The notes: a model not told the origin generated them from the letters alone. Positions 8,672 to 17,062 are shown, numbered from the stretch's first letter. The stretch is DNA of 32,000 bases from an uncultured Methanobacteriaceae archaeon (GCA_947259185.1 CAMYKT010000020.1:1007-33006); one strand, 5' to 3'. Numbers and translations are program-made.

Positions 8672-9799
8672 CTAGAAACTCATTTCATGGAATTTTATTT
8701 TAAATTCAGTGGGGTCTTTACGGTTAACGGTAAGCTGACCATTAATTTGTTCAGTAAGACTATTTACCAGTTGCAGGCCCAACGATTTAGTATTTTCTAT
8801 ATCCAACCCTTCGGGTATGCCAATACCATTATCCGATACCTTTAAGATAAAATAGTCATCCTGGGGGTAAAAACCTATTTTTATTTTTCCATTTCTTCTG
8901 GTGGGGAAGGCGTATTTCATACTGTTGGTTATTAGTTCATTTACTATTAATCCCAAAGGTATGGAGGTGTTAATATCCAGCATTACGTGTTCTATGTTTA
9001 GTTCTAATTTTACTTTACTGGGGTCGGGTACGATGGAGTGGTATAGTTCTCCAGAAAAGGTGCGAATATATTCTCCAAAGTCTATTCTTTTTAGATCAGT
9101 GGAGCGGTATAATTTTTCATGGATGAGTGCCATAGATTTAGCCCTGTTTTGGCTTTCCCTGAAAACAGCCAGTGCTTCCTTGTCTTTAATATAACGGGAT
9201 TGTAGACTCAGCAGGCTAGAGATAACCATTAAATTATTTTTCACCCGATGATGAATTTCCTTTAAAAGCATTTCCTTTTCTTCCAGGGCCTTTTCCAGTT
9301 GTATATTCTTTTTTACCAGTTTTCTTTTGGTATTGGTCAGTTCGTTATTAAGCAGGCTTAGTTCATCATACTGGGCATCAGAAGCTTTTAAATCATTTTC
9401 ATACCGGGCCAACTCTTTCATAAGATCCCTTAAAACATTGTTCTGCTCACTATTTATGTGGTATATTTCTTCCCAGAACTTCTCAATATCTTCCTGGGAA
9501 TTAACTCCATAAATCAGCAGATCATTATCCATTAAAAAACCTGAAAAATGCATAATTTCTATTTTTTTATCTGGGGAAAAATTTATTTCCCAATTAAAAG
9601 TAGCATGTTCTTCTTTTATTTCTTCTATAAAATTATAAGCTTTTTTTTTACTACCCTCATCCACAGAATCAATGAATGAATTCCCTATATGGAAAAAGTC
9701 ACTTAATTGTAATCCATCGTGGATTATGTCCTTTATTTTACCAGTGGGTGTGCAGGATAATGCTATTCCTTTCACCTGAGGGGTGTTATAATCTTCCAT
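8672..9799 (-). CDS. Soluble sensor histidine kinase (HisKA_2-type H-box plus HATPase_c) with a PAS-like N-terminal domain and a coiled-coil linker
   Basis: 375 aa. H-box [20 protein letters not shown] (9230-9259), N-box [16 protein letters not shown]-boxes SDNGIGIP and SLGLQLV. No transmembrane segment. Its stop codon directly abuts the rfcL stop. Confidence 0.85.
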   Translation of the reverse strand: MEDYNTPQVKGIALSCTPTGKIKDIIHDGLQLSDFFHIGNSFIDSVDEGSKKKAYNFIEEIKEEHATFNWEINFSPDKKIEIMHFSGFLMDNDLLIYGVNSQEDIEKFWEEIYHINSEQNNVLRDLMKELARYENDLKASDAQYDELSLLNNELTNTKRKLVKKNIQLEKALEEKEMLLKEIHHRVKNNLMVISSLLSLQSRYIKDKEALAVFRESQNRAKSMALIHEKLYRSTDLKRIDFGEYIRTFSGELYHSIVPDPSKVKLELNIEHVMLDINTSIPLGLIVNELITNSMKYAFPTRRNGKIKIGFYPQDDYFILKVSDNGIGIPEGLDIENTKSLGLQLVNSLTEQINGQLTVNRKDPTEFKIKFHEMSF

Positions 9800-9822
9800 A
9801 TTAAATCCCTGTCATGAGTTCA

Positions 9823-10233
9823 TTATTCGGATTTTTTTAACCATTCTTTCTGCCATTCAATCATCCAATCAATATAATGGGTTATCTCTGAGACATATTC
9901 CTCCGGCAAAGCCTCCCTAATTTGTCCACGGTAAATCTCAAGCCGTATGAGAATATGCTCTAAGGCCACCCCATCATGTGGTAGGCGATTACAGGCCCAG
10001 CTTAGTTGATCTTCCAGTATGGATACTTCCCCCAATAACATTGCCGTTTCTAACATCCGGGTGGTAAATTCCATTCCACTGCTTAGTAATTCCCGGGCAT
10101 GGTCCCCATGTTGTACAACCTCATCTGAACGTTCCAGAGAAATATTCACCGTATTTTTAATTATATGTGGTGAATGTTCCTTAAAGGACTTCAATGCTTC
10201 TGAGGAAACTGGAGGAAATTCTTCTTGATTCAT
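9823..10233 (-). CDS. Hypothetical 136-aa His-rich helical protein, encoded between the B12-binding protein and the kinase
   Basis: The ORF has short gaps to both neighbours on the same strand (49 nt and 23 nt). I recognised no family motif. Seven His residues and a predicted all-helical composition. Confidence 0.6.
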   Translation of the reverse strand: MNQEEFPPVSSEALKSFKEHSPHIIKNTVNISLERSDEVVQHGDHARELLSSGMEFTTRMLETAMLLGEVSILEDQLSWACNRLPHDGVALEHILIRLEIYRGQIREALPEEYVSEITHYIDWMIEWQKEWLKKSE

Positions 10234-10282
10234 TATAATGCCTCTTTTATGAAATTATCTAAAATCCATATAATGTCTCTTT

Positions 10283-10957
10283 TTATGAAATTAATTCATT
10301 GGCCAATTGGACTGCTTCCAGAGCATTGGAGGCACTTGCATCAGCACCAACTTTTTTCCATAAGTCGGGTGATATGGAAAAGGGTCTACCCCCTACCATA
10401 ATTTTAAATCGGGATCTCAAGGGGAGTGAATTGATTTTATCAACTAATTCTTTTACAGCCGGTATATTAAAATGTATAGATGCAGATATGGCTACAATAT
10501 CTGGATCTAAATTAGATATAGTATCTAAAATACTTTCTAATGGAGTGTTAGCCCCTAAATAATAGGAATCCCATCCCTCTAATTCAAATATATCCGCAAC
10601 CATCCTTAATCCAATTTCATGCATCTCTCCAGCCACACAGGTAGCCAGTAACTTGTAACCCTTTTTCTGTGACTTGAAAATAAGAGGATATAGTTCAGAC
10701 ATTATCTGCTGGGTGGAGGCAGAGCAGTAATGCTCCTGGGCCACATTGATGATGTTGTTTTGCCAGAGTCTTCCCACCTCATGCTGGCTGGATTCAAAAA
10801 CTTTTATATAAATATCTTTTATAGGGACACCCTCATCTAAAGAGGTATGGATCATTTCACTGGCACTATATCGATCTAAATTTAAAAGAGCATCCCGGTA
10901 ATTCCGGGCAAGTTCAATTAATTCTCCTGATTCTTTTTCAAACTCACTTAAAACCAT
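10283..10957 (-). CDS. Stand-alone cobalamin-binding protein, CarH/AerR-like (helical cap plus B12-binding Rossmann domain, no DNA-binding domain)
   Basis: The cap motif W-x9-E-H (WQNNIINVAQEH) lies at 10730-10765. The lower-ligand motif E-x-H-x-x-G (GEMHEIG) lies at 10610-10627, followed by LGANTP and MVGG. I prefer ATG 10957 (AAGGTGG sits 8 nt upstream) over the track's GTG at 10969, which falls inside that Shine-Dalgarno sequence. Confidence 0.8.
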   Translation of the reverse strand: MVLSEFEKESGELIELARNYRDALLNLDRYSASEMIHTSLDEGVPIKDIYIKVFESSQHEVGRLWQNNIINVAQEHYCSASTQQIMSELYPLIFKSQKKGYKLLATCVAGEMHEIGLRMVADIFELEGWDSYYLGANTPLESILDTISNLDPDIVAISASIHFNIPAVKELVDKINSLPLRSRFKIMVGGRPFSISPDLWKKVGADASASNALEAVQLANELIS

Positions 10958-11111
10958 ATTCCAAACCACCTTCTTAAACTGGCAATGATTTTCTCATAAA
11001 AAGATTTTTATTAATATAACATTATTTTATTTGTTTATTTAAATATTCATTTTCCCGATTTTATTTGAAAGCATTTTAGCCAGGTAAAAGATAATTAAAC
11101 AGGGGATATTT

Positions 11112-11810
11112 TTAATTTTCAGGAGATTTTTTAGTAATAAATTGGCTGGATTTTAAAATATTTTCCCTCACCTGAGGCACCACACTCTCTAAAAATAATA
11201 AAAATTCATGGGATAATTCTTCACCATCAACTGGACCGGCTTCATTTTCTGGATTTAACCAGTCCTCCAGCCACTTTTCAGGAATATTTAGAAGGGGATA
11301 AATTAAACGCACCTTACCCCTTTTAATTTCTGAACTTTGCAATTCTATCTTTTTTCCGGTAAAAATTTGTGCTAAAACACCCTCCACTTCCCCATCCAGG
11401 GTTAAGGGAATAACCAGGGAGTCAAAATCATAATCTAAGTTTTCGTCCATATCTTCCAGTTTTAAATTCTTTTTTATGATTTGTATTCCATATTTACGGG
11501 TGTAGGGTTCTAAAATAATATATAATGCTTTATTTTTCAGGGTTGAATCGGAATTTATCATTACTTTTTCCTGGGGACGGAGAGATTCCCCCAGTATCCG
11601 GGAAGAACGTGCACATATTTTCTGGAATAGGCTGGATCTGATTACCTCCCCGGAAGGATAGTTTTTTAAAAATAATTCTTCCTTTTTACGGGAAAACCGG
11701 GAAAACCGTAGATTGTTAATATAAAGCTGGGGGTAAACTACACTTACAAAACGGGTATCCACCCCTATTCTTTTTAAAAACACCAGTATATCTTTTTTTT
11801 CAGGCATCAT
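11112..11810 (-). CDS. Hypothetical protein, possibly a divergent PP-loop (N-type ATP pyrophosphatase) fold with a degenerate SGGxDS motif
   Basis: 232 aa. VMINSDSTLKNKALYIIL occupies the position where PP-loop proteins have SGGxDS. DSLVIPLTLDGEVEGVLAQIFTG and VRLIYPLLNIPEKWLEDW resemble the GHxxDDxxET and IRPL blocks of the TilS/TtcA families. The similarity is weak and judged by eye only. Confidence 0.4.
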   Translation of the reverse strand: MMPEKKDILVFLKRIGVDTRFVSVVYPQLYINNLRFSRFSRKKEELFLKNYPSGEVIRSSLFQKICARSSRILGESLRPQEKVMINSDSTLKNKALYIILEPYTRKYGIQIIKKNLKLEDMDENLDYDFDSLVIPLTLDGEVEGVLAQIFTGKKIELQSSEIKRGKVRLIYPLLNIPEKWLEDWLNPENEAGPVDGEELSHEFLLFLESVVPQVRENILKSSQFITKKSPEN

Positions 11811-12019
11811 AACATCAATAAACCAATTAAAAAGGGTTTTTAACCACTTGTTATATAGTATAACTTCAGTACTTGAATTAGTTCTTTTTTACTTTTTGTA
11901 AAAACAAAAATTTAATTATTTTATGATAGATATTAGATTCAGGGTTGTTTTTTTAGAAAGGGTTATTCTAATATCATATAGGAGCATCTATCAATCTATA
12001 ATAAAATAGGGGACTTTTC

Positions 12020-12946
12020 ATGTTTAAAATTTTTGGCCAAAAAAAGGATGAAAAAAAGGATATTTTAGAAATAGTACTAAAAGAAGAGGTGGACTGTGTA
12101 GGGGACTTCACCTACAATTTCTACTGGCAGCACCAGGGAGAAAAACTGGATCCTGATGAAAAGATCCCGGGTAATGATTACTCCTTCCGGGATGTGGTAG
12201 AACACCTTAAAGCCAAAAAAACCGTTAAAATTAAGGGCAATGTGGGCCACCGTTTATGTTCCAGCATGGGAGTGGATATTAAATATTTCGGGGGTAGTGG
12301 CCAGGATATAGAAGTGGGAACGGTGATAGTGGATGGAAATGTGGATAGCCGGATGGGTATCAGCATGGTCCAGGGAACCATCTACATTAAAGGAGAGCTT
12401 AAAACCCCTGTTGGTAATCTCCTGGAGCTGGAATCAGATAAAAAAGGTTACCGTAAATTCAAATCCATAACAGATATTATCAAAAATGGTTTAAAAGGGG
12501 AAAAATTTATAGGGGCCCGGTTATCCGGCAAGCAGCTGGTAATTAATGATGGCCTGGTGAAAGATACGGTTGGGGCCCGTCTGGATGAAGATGCTGAAAT
12601 TGTAATGGAAGGGGATGTTGATTTATCCACCGGAATACTGATGCGGCAGGGACGGGTTATAATAAATGGCAATGCTGGAAAAAACACTGGAGCACTTCTA
12701 AATGGAGGTACAGTGGTCATAAATGGGAATTGTGATGATTTTACAGCTATTGAGGCGATAAAAGGATTAATAATTGTTAATGGTGATGCTGGAAAATTTT
12801 TAGGGGCTCAAAAGAAAAATGGAAAAATATTAGCTAAAAAGGGGAGTCCCATTCCCCCTACCACCAAAAAAAAGCTGGATGAAACTGATAAGAAACTTTT
12901 ATTGCAGATGGGTTATAATCCTCACCACTTCCAGGCATTTGAATAA
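12020..12946 (+). CDS. GXGXG-motif beta-helix protein (FwdC / glutamate synthase domain-3-like)
   Basis: 308 aa with repeated turns: IKGNVGHRLCSSMG, VIVDGNVDSRMGISMVQGTIYIKGE, VIINGNAGKNTGALLNGGTVVINGNCDDF, IIVNGDAGKFLGA. Confidence 0.75.
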   Translation: MFKIFGQKKDEKKDILEIVLKEEVDCVGDFTYNFYWQHQGEKLDPDEKIPGNDYSFRDVVEHLKAKKTVKIKGNVGHRLCSSMGVDIKYFGGSGQDIEVGTVIVDGNVDSRMGISMVQGTIYIKGELKTPVGNLLELESDKKGYRKFKSITDIIKNGLKGEKFIGARLSGKQLVINDGLVKDTVGARLDEDAEIVMEGDVDLSTGILMRQGRVIINGNAGKNTGALLNGGTVVINGNCDDFTAIEAIKGLIIVNGDAGKFLGAQKKNGKILAKKGSPIPPTTKKKLDETDKKLLLQMGYNPHHFQAFE

Positions 12947-13001
12947 ATAACTTTTTCTAACCAAATGTTACTTAATTCATATTTCAGACTGGAAAATAGA
13001 A

Positions 13002-13009
13002 TTTTTTTT
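13002..13009 (+). terminator. Oligo-T (T8) tract within a TAGAA/TTCTA hairpin, candidate terminator downstream of the GXGXG gene
   Basis: The sequence tagaattttttttcta starts about 50 nt after the stop at 12946. Confidence 0.3.
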
Positions 13010-13220
13010 CTAAAAATAGAAATTATAAAGACGATAATAAAAAGTATTCAATTAATCCAGAATATGAGGTAGCTTTTATTTTATATTCGAAATGATTTAA
13101 TTCTTTAAACTATATTAAACGTTTCCTTTTATCTTTTATTTTATTTAGAGTCCGGTAATAAACAAAAGATTTATAAGATGAGTACTATATTATGGAACCG
13201 AAATATAAGATGTAATATTC

Positions 13221-14201
13221 ATGGAGGAAAATACCAAAATGAAAAAATTCAGTACATGGAAACTTAAATTAAGATTATTATTTGCCACCTTCCTGCTTTT
13301 TGCATTGGTTTATGCTCTGGTAGTACTGGTGGGATCATTCTTAGGCATATCCGGGCCTCTATTATATGTTGGACTTGGTCTGGCTATTGTGGTAATTCAG
13401 TACCTGGTAAGTCCTAAAATGGTGGAACTTACCATGAAGGTACGCTACGTTTCCCCAGAAGAAGCCCCCCAACTGCATCAGATGGTGGAAGAACTCTCCA
13501 GAAACGCCGGCATACCCAAACCTAAAGTAGGGATAACTGAAATTGCCATACCCAATGCCTTTGCCTTTGGAAGAAGTAAGGGTGACGGTAGGGTATGTGT
13601 TACCCGGGGTATAATTAATCTACTGGATAGGGATGAATTATATGCCGTTTTAGGTCATGAAATATCCCATATAAAGCACTCTGATATGGCGGTGATGACG
13701 GTTATCAGTGCCATACCCTTAATCTGTTATTATATCTTCTGGAGCACCCTCTTTAGCCGAAATAATAACAACAATGGAGCTGCACTTATAGGAGTGGCGG
13801 CTTTAGTTGCTTACTTAATTGGACAACTACTGGTGCTATTCGTATCCCGGGTGAGGGAATACTATGCCGATGAAGGTAGTGTGGAAATTGGAGCACAACC
13901 TCATAAAATGGCCAGCGCCCTGTACAAACTGGTATATGGATCGGCCAATTTAAGTAAAGATCAGTTAAAAGAAGTAGAAGGGGTAAAAGCCTTCTTTGTA
14001 AACGACGTATCTGATGCACGGAATGAAATAAATGATTTAAGACAGGTTGACTTTAATATGGATGGAGTAATCAGCCCGGATGAATTAAATCAACTCAAAA
14101 ACTCCGATATAAACATTAAAACTTCCAGTAAACTATTTGAACTTATATCCACCCATCCTAATATGGTAAAAAGGATTAAAAGATTAGCTGATATGAACTG
14201 A
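13221..14201 (+). CDS. htpX: HtpX-like M48 zinc metalloprotease (membrane protein) with an EF-hand-like loop inserted near the C-terminus
   Basis: 326 aa. N-terminal transmembrane helices, HEISH zinc motif, downstream EYYADE, and a C-terminal THPNMVKRIKRL. EF-hand loop DFNMDGVISPDE at 14049-14084. Confidence 0.9.
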   Translation: MEENTKMKKFSTWKLKLRLLFATFLLFALVYALVVLVGSFLGISGPLLYVGLGLAIVVIQYLVSPKMVELTMKVRYVSPEEAPQLHQMVEELSRNAGIPKPKVGITEIAIPNAFAFGRSKGDGRVCVTRGIINLLDRDELYAVLGHEISHIKHSDMAVMTVISAIPLICYYIFWSTLFSRNNNNNGAALIGVAALVAYLIGQLLVLFVSRVREYYADEGSVEIGAQPHKMASALYKLVYGSANLSKDQLKEVEGVKAFFVNDVSDARNEINDLRQVDFNMDGVISPDELNQLKNSDINIKTSSKLFELISTHPNMVKRIKRLADMN

Positions 14202-14304
14202 TTTTTTAATCAAAACTTTTTTTTATTTTAAATTCAGTATAATAATTCTTTAAAACTGGAATAATTTCCAAATTAAATATCTAAAAGTTTTAAAAAAAAT
14301 AGTA

Positions 14305-14321
14305 AAGGGTTTTAAACCCTT
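14305..14321. terminator. 17-nt palindrome between convergent genes, possible bidirectional terminator hairpin
   Basis: aagggttttaaaccctt has 8-nt arms and is flanked by A/T runs. It lies in the 189-nt gap between the htpX stop (14201) and the lipoprotein stop (14391). Confidence 0.25.
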
Positions 14322-14390
14322 AAATTTGTTGAAATTAAGATTTCTCATTTACCAACTGTCTTAATTCTTCTATTTTGGTAGTAAATGTTT

Positions 14391-14789
14391 CTAGATTATT
14401 GATGTCTCTAAACCAGATCCAGTTTCTAAAAATTCAATATAATTGGTTAAAAACTTATCATATTCTTGTATGGCTTCTATGGCTTTAGCTTTAATATCTT
14501 CATATCCCGCAGGGGGAGTACTTGCTTCTAGATCAGAAAGTATGGCCTGTACATCTGCCTGACTATTTTCCAGTCTACTTTTTAATTCATCTTCAGTTAT
14601 ATTCCCATCAACCTGGGATTGTAAATTAGAATTCACTTCCATTCCAATTTCCCCCATTTTAGAAATATAACCACTTATTTCCTTAAGGTATTCTGCCCCA
14701 TCCTGATTATTTCCAATACAACCTGATACCAGAACTAAACTGGAAACCAACAATATTATAAAAATACTCTTAATTTTCACATCAAACAC
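14391..14789 (-). CDS. Putative secreted lipoprotein (small helical protein)
   Basis: Signal peptide plus lipobox-like VLVSGC (KIKSIFIILLVSSLVLVSGCIG). The track start is GTG at 14789. An in-frame GTG at 14780 (giving MKIKSIF...) sits 7 nt after GGGGGGTG and is at least as plausible. Confidence 0.7.
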   Translation of the reverse strand: MFDVKIKSIFIILLVSSLVLVSGCIGNNQDGAEYLKEISGYISKMGEIGMEVNSNLQSQVDGNITEDELKSRLENSQADVQAILSDLEASTPPAGYEDIKAKAIEAIQEYDKFLTNYIEFLETGSGLETSII

Positions 14790-15194
14790 CCCCCATTCTA
14801 ATTATTAACTATCTATCTAATTATTAATCAATATATTTTTCTATATTCTAAGAAAATTCAAAATTTTTAATCTTTAGAGGATAAATCTGCTGTGAATTAT
14901 AAAAATAAGATATAAAATTGGCTTTTTTAAAAAACATAAATTCAATCTATTACATACTGCAGGGATATCATTTAAATCAGAAAAAGAAATTTATAAACAA
15001 AGCTTCCAGGACTATTATTTGTCCCATTTTTAATATTTAATCATCTGAACTAATTTTAACTTAATTGTTTTATTTAAGGGAATCAAATTCAAAAAATAGA
15101 TATAATATTTAATATAATTTACTGTATATAATATGTATATTATTACTATAACCTTACTTTCATAATCATTTATACTATAATGGGGGTGGAGTGA

Positions 15195-15740
15195 ATATAC
15201 TGTAAAAACTGTGGAACTAAAAATGAAAAAACAGCTAAATATTGCGAAAAATGCGGGCAAGCCCTAAATTCAGGTGGCTCTAATATCACCAAAGGTTTAA
15301 TTGTACTGGTCTTAATTTTATTCATAGGGTTGGGTGCTTTAGCCGCTTATGTAATGAGCATGGATACCACACCGGTAGTTATAAGCTCCACCTATAATGA
15401 GACTCAGGAAAAAACCCAGGCCTACCAACCATCCTGGAAACTAATTGATACTTACCGTGGAGTAAGTGATGATTCCAGATCATTTACCACCAGAGGTAAT
15501 AAATTTAAAGTAAGCTACTCGGCTAACCCCCTGGTAAATTATAATATCAATTATCTGGAAATCCTACTTATTCAAGGTAGCCAGAGACTGGAAACAGGCT
15601 ATGTATCCTGGGAAGCATATGACTCTCCCAATACTAAAAGTGGAACCATAGAAGTTAGTAAAGGACCTGGAACATATTACCTGGATATCTATGCCTATGA
15701 ATTAAAAGACTGGAATGTAGAAATATATGACTACTATTAA
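15195..15740 (+). CDS. Zinc-ribbon / single-TM / extracellular beta-rich domain protein; start codon unresolved (the track's TTG at 15330 truncates it)
   Basis: The frame is open from 15195 and reads IYCKNCGTKNEKTAKYCEKCGQALNSGGSNITKGLIVLVLILFIGLGALAAYV..., that is, a CxxC-x11-CxxC ribbon followed by a transmembrane helix. No ATG/GTG/TTG occurs in frame before 15330. An in-frame ATG at 15180 is separated from it by a TGA at 15192. Confidence 0.6.
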   Translation: MYCKNCGTKNEKTAKYCEKCGQALNSGGSNITKGLIVLVLILFIGLGALAAYVMSMDTTPVVISSTYNETQEKTQAYQPSWKLIDTYRGVSDDSRSFTTRGNKFKVSYSANPLVNYNINYLEILLIQGSQRLETGYVSWEAYDSPNTKSGTIEVSKGPGTYYLDIYAYELKDWNVEIYDYY

Positions 15741-15897
15741 TTCTCTGGATAATTATGGAGGGGTTTATTACAGGCTGTTTTTACCTGAATTTATAAAAAT
15801 AGTTAATTAACTGTTTTAATAGAATTCAATATCCTTTAATCAGTACCTATAAGAATAATATCTTTAATCAGTCCTTATAAGAATAATATTAAAATAT

Positions 15898-16716
15898 TTA
15901 CCCCCTGGTTTCCAAGAATTCCTTAATATATCCTTCTATTTCATCCATCCTGGAGGGTACAAATAGATTATGTCCTTCTCCCTTGATAATAATCCATTGG
16001 GAATTCGATAAGGATTCCTGCATAATTTTTGCTAATCCCATCCCTGTTAATTTATCTTCACTTCCAGATAAAATCAAAACTGGACATTTAATTTTTGATA
16101 ATTCTTCGCTGATATCAAAGTCTAAAATAATATCAATAGTACTTATAAGTGAATTTATTGAAGCTGTTTTAGCTTTAAGGACTTTAAATTCTTCCAGGAC
16201 AATTTTATTTTCAGATAGAAACTCAGGGGTATTAACCACCTGCACTGCTTCATCAAAAAAGGACCCATAGTTCTTTTTTAATTTTTCTTTAAAAATATTC
16301 AATTTGAACTCCAAATTAGGATCCACCTGACTAAATCCAGAAATTAGAGTTAGTGATTTTACCAGATGAGGAGCATCACAGGCTAATTTTAGCAAAAGAG
16401 CAGAGCCCCATGAAAAACCAATAAAATGTGCTTTTTCTATACCCTGATCTTTTAGAAATTCTATTAAATTATCATTAAAAGAATCAAGATTAAAATCATT
16501 ATTAATCTCTGAAGAAGAACCATGGCCCGGCAAATCCAGGGCCAGGGTGAAGTAATCTTTTTCAAATTTGTTTATTAAGGGCAGCCAGATACTTAAATCA
16601 TCAGATAAACCATGTAAAAAAACCAGGGGAAATCCACCACCTCTCTTCTGGTAATGTAATTCCCGGTTATTTATTTTTGAATAGATTATTATTCCTCCTA
16701 TCAAAATATTAGCCAC
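15898..16716 (-). CDS. Alpha/beta-fold hydrolase (cytoplasmic)
   Basis: 272 aa. Oxyanion region PLVFLHG, nucleophile elbow GFSWGS, Asp in SGSEDKL, His in GEGHNLF. Confidence 0.8.
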   Translation of the reverse strand: MANILIGGIIIYSKINNRELHYQKRGGGFPLVFLHGLSDDLSIWLPLINKFEKDYFTLALDLPGHGSSSEINNDFNLDSFNDNLIEFLKDQGIEKAHFIGFSWGSALLLKLACDAPHLVKSLTLISGFSQVDPNLEFKLNIFKEKLKKNYGSFFDEAVQVVNTPEFLSENKIVLEEFKVLKAKTASINSLISTIDIILDFDISEELSKIKCPVLILSGSEDKLTGMGLAKIMQESLSNSQWIIIKGEGHNLFVPSRMDEIEGYIKEFLETRG

Positions 16717-16851
16717 TTAATAAAAAAGGGGATTCTATCTTGTTTTATGATAACAATTTACTAAAAATTTATAGATTAGCAGTTACCATAATTTAATATG
16801 CTTATATTAATATCAGTATATTTACCTTAAATAGTTGGGAGAGGGTTTTAT

Positions 16852-17037
16852 ATGGTACGTTACCAGTTAGATGACATTCCCAGTTCAATTAAATGTTCTA
16901 ATTGTGGAAAAACTTCTCTAGAAGTAGAAGGAAGCTTTCAGCAGGCCGGTAATTTTATAATAGTTTATTATAAATGCCCCCACTGCCAGCATAAAGATAA
17001 ATTACAGTGCGGAAAGCCGGTGGATATTATTGATTAA
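16852..17037 (+). CDS. Small zinc-ribbon protein (61 aa)
   Basis: CSNCG-x24-CPHC. GGGAGAGGG lies upstream of the ATG. Confidence 0.55.
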   Translation: MVRYQLDDIPSSIKCSNCGKTSLEVEGSFQQAGNFIIVYYKCPHCQHKDKLQCGKPVDIID

Positions 17038-17062
17038 TTTGTGGATAAAGGGGCTAAAAAAA

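Noticed and set aside
8490-8675. 61-aa alternative-frame ORF over the 3' end of rfcL
   Set aside because: It arises from the A-rich, low-complexity Lys-coding tail of rfcL. The rfcL frame ends in a functional-looking PIP box, which supports that frame.
10283-10969. B12-binding protein as a methylotrophic-methanogenesis corrinoid protein (MtaC/MtmC-like)
   Set aside because: No MtaB, MtaA or MT1/MT2 methyltransferase genes are nearby. The motif is ExHxxG rather than DxHxxG. The cap carries the Wx9EH photoreceptor-type signature, and the operon partners are a kinase and a small helical protein.
12020-12946. GXGXG protein as a genuine formylmethanofuran dehydrogenase subunit C
   Set aside because: No fwd/fmd A, B or D neighbours are present. 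The protein has an extra N-terminal region, so only the generic GXGXG beta-helix family call is supportable.
15192-15194. In-frame TGA after ATG-GGG-GTG-GAG as a possible selenocysteine codon
   Set aside because: The TGA is not at a Cys/Sec position of a redox motif, and no SECIS-like structure is evident. Selenoprotein machinery is known in Methanococcales and Methanopyrus, not Methanobacteriales. GGTGGAGTGA is better explained as a ribosome-binding site.
15030-15260. 76-aa minus-strand ORF in the AT-rich region upstream of the zinc-ribbon gene
   Set aside because: The translation is Ile/Tyr/Phe/Lys-rich nonsense typical of AT-rich intergenic DNA. It overlaps the plus-strand zinc-ribbon coding sequence and has no Shine-Dalgarno sequence.
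16680-16716. Alpha/beta hydrolase start region (GGAGGA followed by ATA ATA ATC) as a third example of non-canonical initiation
   Set aside because: Canonical in-frame GTG (16716) and TTG (16704) starts are available upstream and do not remove any conserved sequence. There is no need to invoke ATA initiation here.
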